From the human T2T-CHM13v2.0 reference genome, Homo sapiens: DNA of 64,000 nt. Under the pieces are notes generated by a model, which saw nothing but the letters and a program-made list of their open reading frames with translations, was not told where the DNA came from and ran no database searches. The stretch lies in the NCBI RefSeq assembly GCF_009914755.1, contig NC_060944.1. The stretch is one strand, 5' to 3'. The translations under genes were made by a program, and so were the position numbers. This document shows, in pieces, positions 28,395-41,944 of this stretch (the first letter of the stretch is position 1; each line of letters begins with the position of its first letter).

Positions 28395-29584
28395 TCTCCT
28401 TTCAGACCACGATAGAATTAAACTAGAAATCAACAACAGAAAGATAAATGGAAAATCCTAAAATGTTTGTAGATTAAACAACACACTTCTACATAACATG
28501 TGGATCAAAGAAGAAATCTCAAGAGAATTGAAGAAATATTTTAAACTAAATGAAAATGAAAACAACACTTATCAAAATTTGCATAATGCAGTAAACACAT
28601 CAAGGAAATGTATAGCATTCAATGCGTGTTAGAATAGATCAAAAATCAATCACCTAAACTTCCACCTTAACTAAAAAAAAAAAAAAGAGTAAATTAAATG
28701 CAAAGTAAGCAGAAAAAAATAAATACTAAAAATTAGAGCACTATACTAGTATTAGAAAGGTCAAAATTCAAAACATGACAACACAAATGCTGACAAAAAT
28801 GTGGAGCAACAGGAACTCTTGCTCACTGCTGGTGGGAATGCAAAGTGGCACAGTCACTTTGCAAGACAGTTCGGCAATTTCTTATAAAATTAAATATACC
28901 CTTTCCATACAAACCAGTCATCATACTGCTTGGTATTTATGCAAATGAGCTGAAAACGTATGTCTACACAGAAACCTAAACACGGATGCGTACAGGAGCT
29001 TTACTCATAATTGCCAAATCGTGGAAGCAACCCAAAAGCAGGTGAACGGATTAAAAACAAAACAAACAAACAAAAAAGGGTGGCACATCCAAACAATGGA
29101 ATATTAATCAGCTCTAAAAAGAAATGAGTTATTAAGCCATGAAAAGATATGGAGGAATATTTAATGTATATTAAATAAGTAAAAGAAGCCAATCTAAAAA
29201 GGCTCATATGGTATGATTCCACCTATATGACATTTTAGAAAAGGCAAAACTATGGAAAAAGTAAAAGGATCAGTGATTGCCAGGAATTAGCAGGTAGAGA
29301 GGGTTGAACAGTCAGAGCGCAAGGTGTTTTTAGGGCAGTGAAACTATTCTTTATGATGTTATAATGATGGACTACATCTTTATACATTTGTCAAAATTCA
29401 TAGACTGTACAACACCAAGAGTGAACCCTAAGGTAAATTCTAAATTTTTAGTGACAATGATGTGTCAATGTGGGTTCACTGATTGTAATAAATGTGTCCC
29501 TGTGGTGAGGGATGGCAACAATGGGGGAGGTTGTGTACATATGGGCCAGGAAGTATATGGGAACTCTCCACACTTAAAGTTCCA

Positions 29585-29907
29585 TTTTGTTCTTTTTGTT
29601 TTGTTTTGTTTTGAGACAGGGTCTCACTCCATCACCCAGGTTGGAGTGCAGTGGTTGATCACAGCTCACTGCAGCCTCCAACCCCCCAGGCTCAAGCAAT
29701 CCTCCTACCTCAGCCTCCTGAGCAGCTGGAACTACAGGCATGCACCACCATGCCCAGCAAATTCTTTTTTTCTTTTTTTTTTTTTTTGGTAGAGACAGGG
29801 TTTCACCATGTTGCCCAGGCTGGTCTTGAACTCCTGGGCTCAAGCAATCGGCCCAACTCAGCCTCTCAAAGTGTTGGGATTACAGGCATGAACCATTGCA
29901 CATGGCC
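29585..29907 (-). mobile_element. AluJ
   Basis: gagacagggtctcactcc...ctcctgggctcaagcaatc...catggcc. Confidence 0.92.
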
Positions 29908-31192
29908 TCAGCTCACTTTTGTTTGAACCTAAAACTGTTCTAAAAATAAGATTGATTTTTTTTTTTAAGCAAAAGTTAAACACTGAGATGGTTTCCATTT
30001 CTACCCCAGGGTATGTGAACATAGCACCTTCACTCCGTTCTCACCTCGTCTTCCCTTGTTCCTCCCTCAATTCTCAGATCCACCAGTGAGACAGAAAACA
30101 TAGGAGACCGGAAAAGAAGAATCAAATGGGAAGTGGAAAAAAGACAGGGAAGAGACATTGGGCAAAAACACATTCTCAAGTTATCTCTACTGAACGAGAT
30201 TTTGAACAGAGAGAGCTAACCATCATGAAATCTTGGTGCCTCTCAAACTCCACTATGATGCCCTCTGGAAACTTTCCGTCTCCATGAGTTTACAAAATTT
30301 AAAAAATTGACCCAAAAAAAGCCAATTTTTCATTGAAAAGCACTATTAATAATTGACATGAAAGGGCAACACTGAAAAAATTCCTTGATTTGGGAAGCAT
30401 AAAATATGAGTCCTAAAATACACTGTCACTCTGTGAAGACTAAGCCTCCAGGACCAATAGCTTTCTCTCTGATGGAAAGTGGTCCCTTCTAGCAATATAA
30501 GGGGTTCTGCCCCTTGACCAGCATATTATAAGTGCTGACACAGGTATGCCCCAACGACATGATGGTAATACGTGGTAAATGGTATAATTTTGTATCATCA
30601 CAATTTGAATCTGCCTCACAATGATATAATCTTGAATCTTCCTTGCAGACCTCAAACAGAAACTCACTTCACATATTTAACCGCAAACAGCATAGACATT
30701 TCTCTTACAGAGAGGGCTCATTTTAAAATAAGGATATGCCTTAACAAGTATATTTAGTCATAAAAGCCTTAATAAAAATATGATTTTAAAAACCCATCAC
30801 AGAATGATGCAAAAGCAAGCTGAGGGTTCTTTTGACCCACACACTGAGGCCAAACTACCTAAAGTGATTACTACACGTACTGAATTCACTGTGAGACAGA
30901 AAGTATGGCTAATTTACTACCTATGGTTCTTCAGAACTTTCCATATTTATTCTTTTTTCCATTAAGGTTTTTTGTTAATCATATCTTCTGAAATTCTGTG
31001 ATTACACAAACACCAAAGATAATGACATGACTTACCTTGTTTCTTACATATAGCTCCAAACATTTAAACAAATATGAGTCCAAAATTCAAGAACTCCATG
31101 GCTGGCCTAATGTTAACATGAAACTAGGTATGAACAACAAAAATTACAACCATAGCTACTGTCGTCTATTGAGCACATTTGATCTGCTAAGC

Positions 31193-31402
31193 CAGGGGTT
31201 AGCAAACTAATGGTCCGAGGGTAGCACTCTGCTGCTTTTGTAAATAAAGGTTTCTTGGACACAGCCATGTCCCATTTGAGGTCTTATCTGCATATGCTTT
31301 CGTTCCACCTCCACAGAGATGAGTCATTGTGAAGGATCATACAGCCCGCAGGGCCTAAAATATTTACTATCTGGTTCTTCACAGAAAGTCTGCCAATCCC
31401 TC
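31193..31402. mobile_element. MER58A inserted into a MIR (MIR about 31150-31560)
   Basis: caggggttagcaaact...gcctaaaatatttactatctgg...tgccaatccct. The MIR core attatccccattttaaggaggaggaaac follows. Confidence 0.8.
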
Positions 31403-32664
31403 TTGTAGGCACAGTGCTAAGTACTTTATATAGATTATCTCTTTACATAGATTATTCCAGTGAGGTGGAAATGATTATTATCCCCATTTTAAGGAGGAGG
31501 AAACAGGTTTATCAAGATTGAGTCACAAGCAGCCAAGCCAGGCTTCGACTCCCAAACCCTCTAAACTGCCAAGCTCCACTGGGTAGGAGCAGGGAGGACA
31601 ACATAACCCTAACGTCATGTAACTGTACTGGTATAAAGGTAAAGCCTTCCAAAGCATCTGAAATTAAAAAAAAAAAAAAAAAAAAAGTAAAAGGACCAAG
31701 CCCATTTCAGGAACAGAGAGACTCCCACACACCCTGTGGAAACACTTCCTGAATGGTGTCATTATCATTGATATCACAGCATTACCAACTTTCCCATGAT
31801 AACGTCATGCCACACGCTCTCACTACACTGTGTTCAGAGAACAAACCTCTCGGCTGACTGACCGCCTGCCTACTGACTTTGCATTCTGCCCTTGTCAACC
31901 TATTCTATGTGCCACTACCATGCCAATCCCTTCTCTAAGTATTGAGAAAGTCATTACCTAAGAGCATACCGTTTGTTTTGAGTTAAACAGACTTTGATAG
32001 ACCAACCTTAGAAACTAGCCATGAGGAATATCAATACTCAGAGGATAAAAACCATATCTAGGTTCTGAGAAACTAAGCACATCAATCATTTTTCAGAATG
32101 CCACTATCTTCTAAGACAGGTTTTTTTAGCAGAAAAATTGTTCACCATTTTAATAGGAAAAGACCAAATGGTAACCTACAAAGAATAAAAAGCAATTCTG
32201 TTATAAGGAATCCATTCAGGCTACAAGTCTTCTTAAGTCCTGGACACCAAAACCGCAAAAGAGCATTTAGCTTAAAACCCAACGGAAGTCCTCAGAACAC
32301 AAGGAACTTTGGAGCAAGCAGGCCCCTCTACTCATCAAACTTAGAGCCACAGAGCACAAGAGCATCGTAAAGGCTCTCCCAACTTTTTATAAACAGGCCT
32401 GCTAAATTTTGCTTAATGTGATGTTTCCCAGACTTATTTGAGAAAGGATTTCTTTTTCTCTCCCTTTACAGAACCATATTAATACTAAAACAGTCCCTCA
32501 ACAAACATTTCCCAAGGGTCTGCTGTGTGACAGGCACTGAACTAAGGGACTGGAACTAGAATCTGGGGAGGATACATATTAAACATAAAATTGCAAGTTA
32601 TTAAATGAATGTTAGTACCCCATGGAAGAGATCGCAGGGACTAGAGTAGACACTTTGAGAAATG

Positions 32665-32865
32665 CTAGTATAGGAAGGACGCTGGACCAGGAGCCAGAAA
32701 ACTATATTCCCACCTCAACTTGGACCCTAACTCCCTATGTAATCCCAAAGATCACTAAGTAAGGAATGCAGTGTGTGCAGACCTCGGATTCTCCCAACTA
32801 TGATATGACAAGGTAGGATAAGATCAGCTCTAAGACTCCATCCATTTTGAATTCATTCTGTGTCA
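32665..32865 (+). mobile_element. MIR fragment
   Basis: ctggaccaggagccagaaaact...gataagatcagctctaag. Confidence 0.5.
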
Positions 32866-33384
32866 TTAATTCAATGTGAAATGAGAGAAACGAATAAGAA
32901 ATTTCAATACAGTACTTAGACACTTCAAAAGAAATACTGATGGCTCAGATAATGAAACTAAACTGGAAAAATGTCTTCAGAATAAATGTCCAGAATGTAA
33001 ATGAGCTCTGAGTATTTTTCCCGAAGCAATAATGAAGCAGTAAGAACTTTAATGGGGAAATTAAGCTCTGACATGATCTAATCCACGCTCTTTTTCCAGC
33101 CTTGGCATCTCCTTCCTCCCTCCCTGCTGCTCCAAGCTCACTCAGTGTTCCCAAAAGCTCCACCTCCTCAGGTAATAGAGTTTTCTGAACTCAGGCCATC
33201 AGAAAGTCCTTCTTGCCCAATGCAGGACTCTTAACATCTATGTGTTTCCATGGCTACCCTCCGGGTCAACTCTCTCTGAACCCCTCCTGACATCCTTGCT
33301 GTCACCTTCCAAAATATCTAACCTGTTGACCACGCCCCCCTTTGTGACCCCACCAATCCTAACACTGGCCTTCAGCAGGCCTTG

Positions 33385-33545
33385 GCACTTACTAGCTGTG
33401 TCAAGTTTCTTACCCGCTCCAGCCTCTGTTTCCTAACATAGAATAACGAATTTGTACATTGCAGGATTTTTATGCAATTCCAATGTACATAAACATGTGA
33501 AGTGCTTAGGGCAGTGCTTGGCACATAGCAAGCGCTTATGCTCAG
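33385..33545 (+). mobile_element. MIR fragment
   Basis: cacttactagctgtgtc...gcctctgtttcct...gtgaagtgcttagggcagtgcttggcacatagcaagcgct. Confidence 0.75.
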
Positions 33546-33549
33546 GATA

Positions 33550-33997
33550 GCCTCCTGCTTTCCCTTCCTTCCTTATGAACAGAAAGTTAGTTTTATTGAG
33601 GACAGCAATATACTCAGCTGAAGAAACAATTTCCTAGCCTTCCTTGCAAGCAAGAAGCATCATGTGGCATAGGTCTGCTATGAAATATAAATAGAAGTTG
33701 CTGAGCGGGGCTTAAAAGAGGAGTAAACTCAACTAACATATACTCCTTTGCCCTTCCCCATTTTTCCTGACAAATTTTAGATGTGATGATGTGGTCACAA
33801 AAATGTCTCAAAACCATAAGGGAGAGACCAAGAGAATTACATAGACCTCAGCTGTGGCAACTATGCACCACTAAACCCAGGCCACCAGCAGTCAGCCTAG
33901 TTCTGTAGTTTTTGGTGAGGGAAAAACAGAGACAACTTCTAACTGCCTTAGGATATGTTTTCTCAGGTTGCTCTTGCAGCCAAATGCACTCCCTGAT
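33550..33997 (+). mobile_element. Old MLT1-type MaLR LTR
   Basis: atttcctagccttccttgcaag...catgtggc...cttgcagccaaatgcactccctga. Confidence 0.6.
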
Positions 33998-34299
33998 CCA
34001 GTTAACTCTTATTAATTAGCACCTGCAACAATTTATTTCATTATCTGTTTATGTTTGGTTTCTCTACCAGACAAAAAGAGTCTTATTCATTTTCACACAA
34101 CACCTCTCACCAAGCAAGTGTTCGATAAAAGTTAAATGAATGAATGAAGTGACAATAATGACCATCATAGTTTGTCTCCAGTTCTTTCACAAGAGAAAAA
34201 CATTACTCTTAAGTTTCAGAAATATTTTTCTTCATCTCTAACTGAATATTCTTCAAAGAATTTAGCATTTGTAAAAGTTCCCATAGAGTGCCTGAACCT

Positions 34300-34560
34300 A
34301 AAGTTATTTAACAAGCACTGACATAAGAGTATTTAGTGTGCCAGGCACTGCTTTCAAAGCTTTCACAAAGAACTCATTTTATTCTCATAACAACCCGATG
34401 AGTTAGGTACTATTATCCCCATTTTACCCATCAGGAAGCTGAAGTGCAGGGAGGTTAAGTAAGTCACCCAAGGTCATACAGCCAGCAACCAGCAGAGCCA
34501 TCACTGGATTACATAGAATTTGGTTCCAGAGTTCATGTCCTTAACTGATATTCTCCGCCA
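34300..34560 (-). mobile_element. MIR
   Basis: tgtgccaggcactg...attatccccattttac...gaggttaagtaagtcacccaaggtcatacagc. Confidence 0.85.
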
Positions 34561-35828
34561 CTTCTCAACCACTAACTGTGATGGTACATTCTTTCTGTTT
34601 CTGTGTAAACAAGGAAGGAGCTGGGAGAAATTCGATCTGAATATCTATGAAGATTCTTGGCTCCACAGACCAGCCGGGAACCAACGCAGAGGTTACTTGG
34701 CTAGAGTGGACGTTACCAAATGTACAACGAAGGATGACAGAAATAATTGTACAAGGAATTGTATATTTTAATTCTCTTAAGAACTTCCACAGTTGAAGAT
34801 GAGGAAAATGAGAGGTAAAAGAAGAAATGATATTACAAGAAAAGTCTTTTAAGTGGCAAATACAAGTAAATGACACAAAAAGCTTTCTAATAGCAAGCTA
34901 ATCAAAATGACTACCTAAGACCCAATTTTAAAAAACCTTTTAGCTGTAAGATATTACCCTGGTACTCTGCTCTTGAAGCAAGATTAGAAAAATTATTTAA
35001 AAGAACTCCAGAAATGTGAAGATGCATTTTCATCTTTCTGCAGCAATTCTCAAACTAGCTACAAGAAGACATTCCAGCTAAATGATTACTTATACTAAAT
35101 TCTGCACAATTTATCTCTCACACAGATTCTGCATCCAGTAATTATCAGCAACCAGGCCCAATTCCATGGTATTGACAGTGGTATCTGTCACGTCTTCAGA
35201 CAACTCCACTACCAAGGGCCCTGCAACAAATACAAACAGGCAGAGCGTGTTTTCCTATCTACAGTGACATCTAGTGTTAAAAAACTAAAACGCAGTCTGT
35301 AGAACAACATTTATTCCCATTACTATTGTATTTAAATGCATATTATAAAACAGGAATATATATATAGCTCTTAAGGTAAACAGCTTTTCCCATAATTGGG
35401 ATTGCCAATTGTCAATTGTATTATACTCCAATATTTAAAATATCTCATAAGATTAACCCATTGAAAAGACACATTTGTTTTGTTAAAGTAAAGAAATCAT
35501 TTTGTTCTCCAATAGTTTTGTTTTAAATGCAAACATATCTTTACTTACTAACAGCAGACTGGAATGTCAGAGGATTTTGCAGACATTAAAAGACATCTTG
35601 TTAAATTTAACAAAAAGCAATCTGGCTTAATATAATAATAAATACAAGCCCTTTATTCAAAATCAACTCGCAAAATCTCTAAAGGAGAACAATTTAAATG
35701 CAAATGAGCCCATTATAGAATGGTTTCTGATTTAGGTATATCATGGGCTAAATCTTGTCTCCAAATTTTACATCTTAAAATTAGATTCTAAAAGATGCGG
35801 GCTAGCCATATTCCCCTCATCAAAGTGA

Positions 35829-36160
<332 letters not shown>

Positions 36161-37533
36161 TGGATACCGTTTTTAAAGGTAAATAAGGCATAATTAAAGA
36201 GCACTGGATTAGAAATGAGAAAACAGAATCTAGCCCTGGGTCTACCTAAAAAATTCTGAGACCAAGTTATTTAATTTCTCTTGCCTTCAATTTCCTTGTG
36301 GTTTTTTTTTTTTTTTTCCTCCTTAAAAAAAAAAAAGGTGGGGAAGACAGTGAGGAGTTTAGCCTAGATTCCTTCCTGGGCTCCTCGTTCTAACATTCTA
36401 TGTTCTATGAAGATGATGATCTCTAAGATCTCTCTAAACCTTGCTTTAGTTATTTAAGCCACACAGTGCCACACAGTACTCTGAGGAGAACAGTGTTAAG
36501 ACACCTTAAGACTCAAACAACAAACAAGGTTTGCATTGAAATCGGCATAGAGTAAAAGACCTCTTTAAGATGTTTAGATGATGACTCCTGACCTGAATCA
36601 AAGATGTACTAAATCACATCCACTATGACTCTGCACTTCCTAAACCAGCAAGTATCATCTAAAGTCTCTTAATAAAGACGTTCAGAAATCATGTTATTTA
36701 AGGGGGTTTATTGCTAAACCAAGATAGTCATAAACATTCTGGGTAAGTGAGGATTTGCCAACAGAGTAAGTTTTAGGTCTTTGTTTAGGTTACAGGGAAT
36801 GTTTGCTGAAAAGTTTTCTAAGATGAAGAAAGAACTCTAAATAATTCAAAATATGCCTGGCGTTTTCTACTATAAGTATGGTTATTACTCTCTTACTTGG
36901 CAGGAAGAACTTTGACCTGGCTGAAGAGAAACAGCTATGGCTTAGAGGTAACAGCTACAAAGAGATAAAAGGGGGAGGAAGCAGAGCAGCAGAATGAGTA
37001 GTCAAACTCAACAAGGAAGAGAGAAAGGAAATGAAGCAAGCAGAACCCAAAAGACTCACCACAGCTGGGATGGCTCCAGACCACGGCAATGGAATACCCC
37101 GAGGACCTCAGAAGGTACCGATGGGCATCTGCGACAAGTGGTGACTGTGTGAGTGACAGCTCTCCAAGATGACTGGGACGGCAAGTTTATGCAAAACTGA
37201 AGTGGAGTGAACAGGAGAGAGCTGGAGGAGTGCCCAGAGGCTGAGGATATTAAATACTGGGACAATTCACCTGATGACAAGGGTCAGAGGGCAAATCATT
37301 TGAAAATGATGCAAATTAAAACTAACAGAAAATTTTTTCCATACCTTCAGGAAATTCAAAATAGAACCATAACGTGATACAACTAGATACCCATTAGAGT
37401 GCATAACATGAAAAGGACAAAAAACAGTGAATGTCATGAGGATGTAGACCAACCGGGCTGCAGGGCAGGTGGGAATGCAAATGGTATGACCACGTTGGAA
37501 AACTATTTTCAGTATCTACTAAAGCTAAACATA

Positions 37534-38032
37534 TAATAGTCCCCCTTTATCCACGGCTTTACTTTCCAAGGTTTCAGTTACCCACCATTAACTGTGGTCC
37601 AAAAATATTAAATGGAAAATTCTAGGAAGAAACAATTCAAAAGTTTAAAATTCATACTGTTCTCAGTCGCATGATGAACTCTCTCACCTTCTCGCCCAGG
37701 ACACAAATCACCCTTCTTCCAGCATATCCATGCTGTATTTCCCCCCAGACTATTAGTAGACAGTTACCAGATCAACAGGTATACCATTTGTATTCAAGTC
37801 ACCCTTATTTTAATTGTTCATGGCCCCAAAGCACAAGAGTAATGATGCAGGTATATTGTTATAATTGTTTAACTATCAGCTATTGTTGTTAATCTCTTAC
37901 TGTGCCTAATTTATAAATGAAGCATTATCATATGTTTATGCATAGTATACATAGGGCTCAGTACTATCCAAGGATTCAGGCATTCACTAGGGGTCTTGAA
38001 ATGTATCCCCTGTGGATAAGGGGGGACTATTG
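37534..38032. mobile_element. MER44B/Tigger7-family DNA transposon
   Basis: Terminal inverted repeats tagtccccctttatcc / ggataaggggggacta, flanked by TA. Confidence 0.88.
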
Positions 38033-38255
38033 TACACCTACTCAATAACCCAGCAATTCTACTTCCAAGTATACACCTAACAGAAACATGTGCATACATT
38101 CACCAAAGACATGTCTAAGAAGATTCATGGCAGCACGATTTCTAACAGCCCAAAACAGAAAACGAGTACAATGAATAAACTATGGTATAGCCACATTGTG
38201 TTATACAACTATGTACAAAGACATAAGTAGATCTCATAAACATAATATGGAACAA

Positions 38256-38644
38256 ATACGGTACACATACACCATGGAATACTATGCAGCCATAAAAAGG
38301 AGCAACATCAGGTCCTTTGCAGGGACATGGATGGAGCTGGAAGCCATTATTCTCAACAAACTAATGCAGGAACAGAAAACCAAATACTGCATGTTCTCAC
38401 TTACAAGTGGGAGTTGAACAATGTGAATATAAAGAAGACACAGGGAGGGGAACAACACACGCTGGGGACTGGAGGCGGTGGATGGGGCAGGGGGAGGGAG
38501 AGCATCAGGAAAAATAGCTACCGAATGCGGGGCTTAATACCTAGGTGATGGGTTGATAGGTGCAGTCAATCACCACAGCACATGTTTACCTATGTAACAA
38601 ACCTGCATGTCCTGCACATGTACCTCAGAACTTTAAAAAAAAAA
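38256..38644 (+). mobile_element. L1PA (older primate) 3' end
   Basis: catggaatactatgcagccataaaaagg...catgttctcacttacaagtgggag...cctatgtaacaaacctgca plus A tail. Confidence 0.92.
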
Positions 38645-38681
38645 TTAATATTGAATAAATAAGGCCAAACAAAAAAATATA

Positions 38682-39018
38682 CAGTTGTGCACTACATAAC
38701 GTTTCAGTCAGCAATGGACCACACATGCAATGGTGGTACCATAAGATTATAGTAACCCCGTATTTTTACTGTACCTTTCCTATGTTTAGATACATAAATA
38801 CTTACCATTGTGTGCCAACTGCCTACAGTGTTCAATAGAGTAACATGCTCTACAGGTTTGTAGCCTAGGAGCAATAGGCCATACCATATAGCCTAGGTGT
38901 ATAGCAGGCCATACCATCTAGGTCTGTGTAAGTCACTCTATGATGTTTGCACAATGACAAAGTTGCCTAATGACACGTTTCTTAGAACACATCGTTGACA
39001 CCAAGCCACATGTGACTG
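38682..39018. mobile_element. Tigger3a, near full length
   Basis: TA-cagttgtgc...catgtgactg; internal tacaggtttgtagcctaggagcaataggc. Confidence 0.88.
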
Positions 39019-40333
39019 TGCTCTGTACATTCCATGTGGATAAAGTTCAAAGCAGACTAAACAGCACTAAGCTTTCAGACCTCAGGCTAGACGTCTCCCT
39101 TGGAGGGAGGAGGAGTACTGCCAGAAGGGGACATGGCAGGGACTCCTTCGGGGCTAATAATGTGTTTTTCTTCACCTGGTTGCTGGATGTATGGGTGTGC
39201 TTAGTTCCTGAAAATCTGCCAAGCAGTACTCATGATTTGCATAATATTCTGTATAGATGTAATATATAATGCCCAGATAGAGGCTGGGCTCCAAGGGCAT
39301 ATTCAAAAAGGAAGAGTATTCCAAAACAAAAACCCAGAAACAAGGGACAAAAAGAAAGCCCTCATTGAAGACCTTTCATAACAGAGAAACACAGCAGGGT
39401 CCTCGCACCCAAGACATGGGCCCTCTATACAGCCTCCTAAGGAAGAATCCGAGTCTTTCTTAGACAGAAGAAATCCTCAAGAGTTCACCTAGATCAGCCT
39501 ACCCACTTGTGATTGAAAAAACTGAGACCAAGAGAGAGAATATAACTTAGTCAAAGTCACACAACTAGTAAGTGATAGGTCCAAGGGCAAAATCCAGGTC
39601 ACCTCAGTAAACAAGACTTAAATAATGATAAAATACTCAAGATATGTCAAAAGAATAAATTAAGTGAAAACTCAGAATGAGTAGGAACTCAAAAAAGGAC
39701 AAGGCTTTTGTGTATTTCATTCAAATGAGATAAGCAGTGAAGAGGTGACACAATGCACAGAACAACCGCAGAGAGGAGGAAAGAGCTAGGAAGCTGGCAA
39801 TGTCTACACATCTTAATCTGGGTGTGGGTTAGATGGGGGTACACAGAAGTAAAAATTCATGAGCTGCATATACCATCTCTTCACACTTTGTGTATGTTAA
39901 ATCTCAATCAAAAACCAATTCAAATAGTTTTTTTTTAATTCTGTGAACAAATAACTGCATTTAACAAAATGAATCTATTCAGTTAAAATTTCTTTTCAAA
40001 TGGCATCACCCAGTGTCTCCAAATGCTTGTATGAGTGTACAACTTGGGGGCTGCAAAACATTCCAAGTTATATGAACCATTTGATTCTGTGAACCTACAA
40101 CCATGCAATAAACATGGAGAGATGTGTTTGAAGGGATGATCTTCCACATGCTTTAGGGCTGTGCTTTCCAACTCTTCTGAGGCTCAGGACACTTTCGTCA
40201 AAAATAGAGATTTGGGGGTATCACTCCTATTCATTCTCCTTTCACGTGTCTGCGGTAGGCTGAGAAAACTGTCTTTTTAAAAAGATCCCCAGTGATTCTG
40301 AGTGGAAACCACTTCTGTATGGAAGTGGTTTCA

Positions 40334-40608
40334 AGACAGGTTCTCACTCTGTCGCCCTGGCTGGAGTACAGTGAGCAATCACAGCTCGCTGCAGTCTCAA
40401 CCTTCCAGGCTCAAGCAGTCCTCCTGCCTCAGCCTCCCAAGTAGCTGGGACTACAGGCGTATGCCACCTGTCTGGTTAATTTTTTTTCTGTAGAGACAGG
40501 GTCTCTCTATGTTGCCCAGGCTGGTCTCAAACTCCTGGCCTCAAGCAATCCTCCTACCTCAGCCTCCCAAAGTGCTGGGATTAAAGGCGTGAGCTACCAC
40601 ACCTGTCC
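40334..40608 (-). mobile_element. AluJ lacking its A tail
   Basis: agacaggttctcactctgtc...ctcaagcaatcctcctacctcagcctcccaaagtgctggg. Confidence 0.92.
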
Positions 40609-40907
40609 AAAAGTCAACTTCTGAGGTGGAGAATAACTGCTATATGTGGTTTTGGATGAGAAATAGGACTTAGCAACCTAAAGAAGTGTCACGTCAAATT
40701 CTGTTGCTTGACTTCCATCAAATCTGCTGGGAATGCCAGCACACTTTCACTCTAATTACGAGAACAAAAAAGGCTTAAATGTATAATGTACTGGACCTAG
40801 AGGAAAATGACCATCTTTTGTGATGTCTGTGTGGCTAAATTCTTTCAGGGAGAATTCAGAGCTATTTGGAACCAACTCCTCTCATCCATTTGACAAAGAC
40901 AACTTAG

Positions 40908-41166
40908 GAAGGCTGGTTTTAGCTGGAAAAGTTTCACATCAAAGAGGACAGGTTCAGAGTAAACAAAATTAATAAGGAAAAAATGGATGACATTACTGTA
41001 ATGCTGACTGTGTGCTAGACACCACTGTCAGCACTTTGCCTGTCCTCGTTTCTTACTTTGTATGATAGGTACGATTACTGTCTGCATCTTACAGTGAGGT
41101 TCTGGGGAACAGAAAGTGACCTGTGACCATGGTCAGAAAGATGACAATGCTGGATCCAGAATAACA
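40908..41166 (+). repeat. Copy 1 of an old local direct duplication (about 250 bp)
   Basis: Aligns by eye to 42597-42863. Confidence 0.85.
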
Positions 41167-41944
41167 AAGGTGACATGTAAAGTACGAGATAAGATGTGAG
41201 AAGTGTATAGTCATCTTCCTCCTTGGAAATATCAGAATATCCTGGTAATAGACATCCACATGCAACTTAGGCCCTTATTCTTTTGTCAGTAGATGCCCAT
41301 TTGCTAATTATGCTGATTAGCATAATCTGATCCTTACAGATACAAACTTCTTAATACCACCACTTCTGCTTGGAGCTCTGCTGCCTGGAGTTAAGAGAAA
41401 CTGCTGTCATCCTTAAATAATGCAAAGGCAAAATCAACCAGGATGCTAAGGAAAAAGTAATCTCTGAAAACTGGCTGTTGTGATACAAACGGAGGGCAAG
41501 TCCAACCTGCCGCTCCTAGTAACTGTTGCTAGGTAGGCTGGGATGGAAAACAGCAAGCTAAAGAGGTCAATGAGAAATTGAGCCAAATTCAAAACTACCT
41601 ATGAAAGACTGAAGAGAACACACCCGCATTTGGAGCTCATTTTAAATCATGTAATCAATCTAAAGGAGAAAAGGAAAATGACTTTAAATACACAGAATTT
41701 GTTGTGTGCCATTCTTCAGTTCTAACACCAGAAAACAGAGGGCTCTCCTGTAATGGAATGTTCACACCACAGTACAGATATTCAGCTGCTTTTATGTAAT
41801 TTTTCACCTCAATACAGGATTCCTGAGTCATAAATATTTTCTCTTAAGAAGTAAAAGAATGCCTCAACTCATGTGCATCTCCTGTTTGCCTTGAATATAT
41901 ATGACACTATAGTAAGTGTCCAAGTTCTATATTTATGGTAGGAA

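Larger units (their letters stand above)
37300..39265 (+). mobile_element. L1ME-type 3' region split by three later insertions
   Basis: Collinear L1 pieces at about 37300-37533, 38035-38255, 38645-38680 and 39020-39265. Confidence 0.7.

Noticed and set aside
30572-30757. ORF containing GIILYH, which resembles the next KIF16B exon (TGIILYHLK)
   Set aside because: Wrong strand and no flanking similarity; a chance match.
38462-38500. G-quadruplex-like G runs
   Set aside because: Standard G-rich tract of the L1PA 3' UTR.
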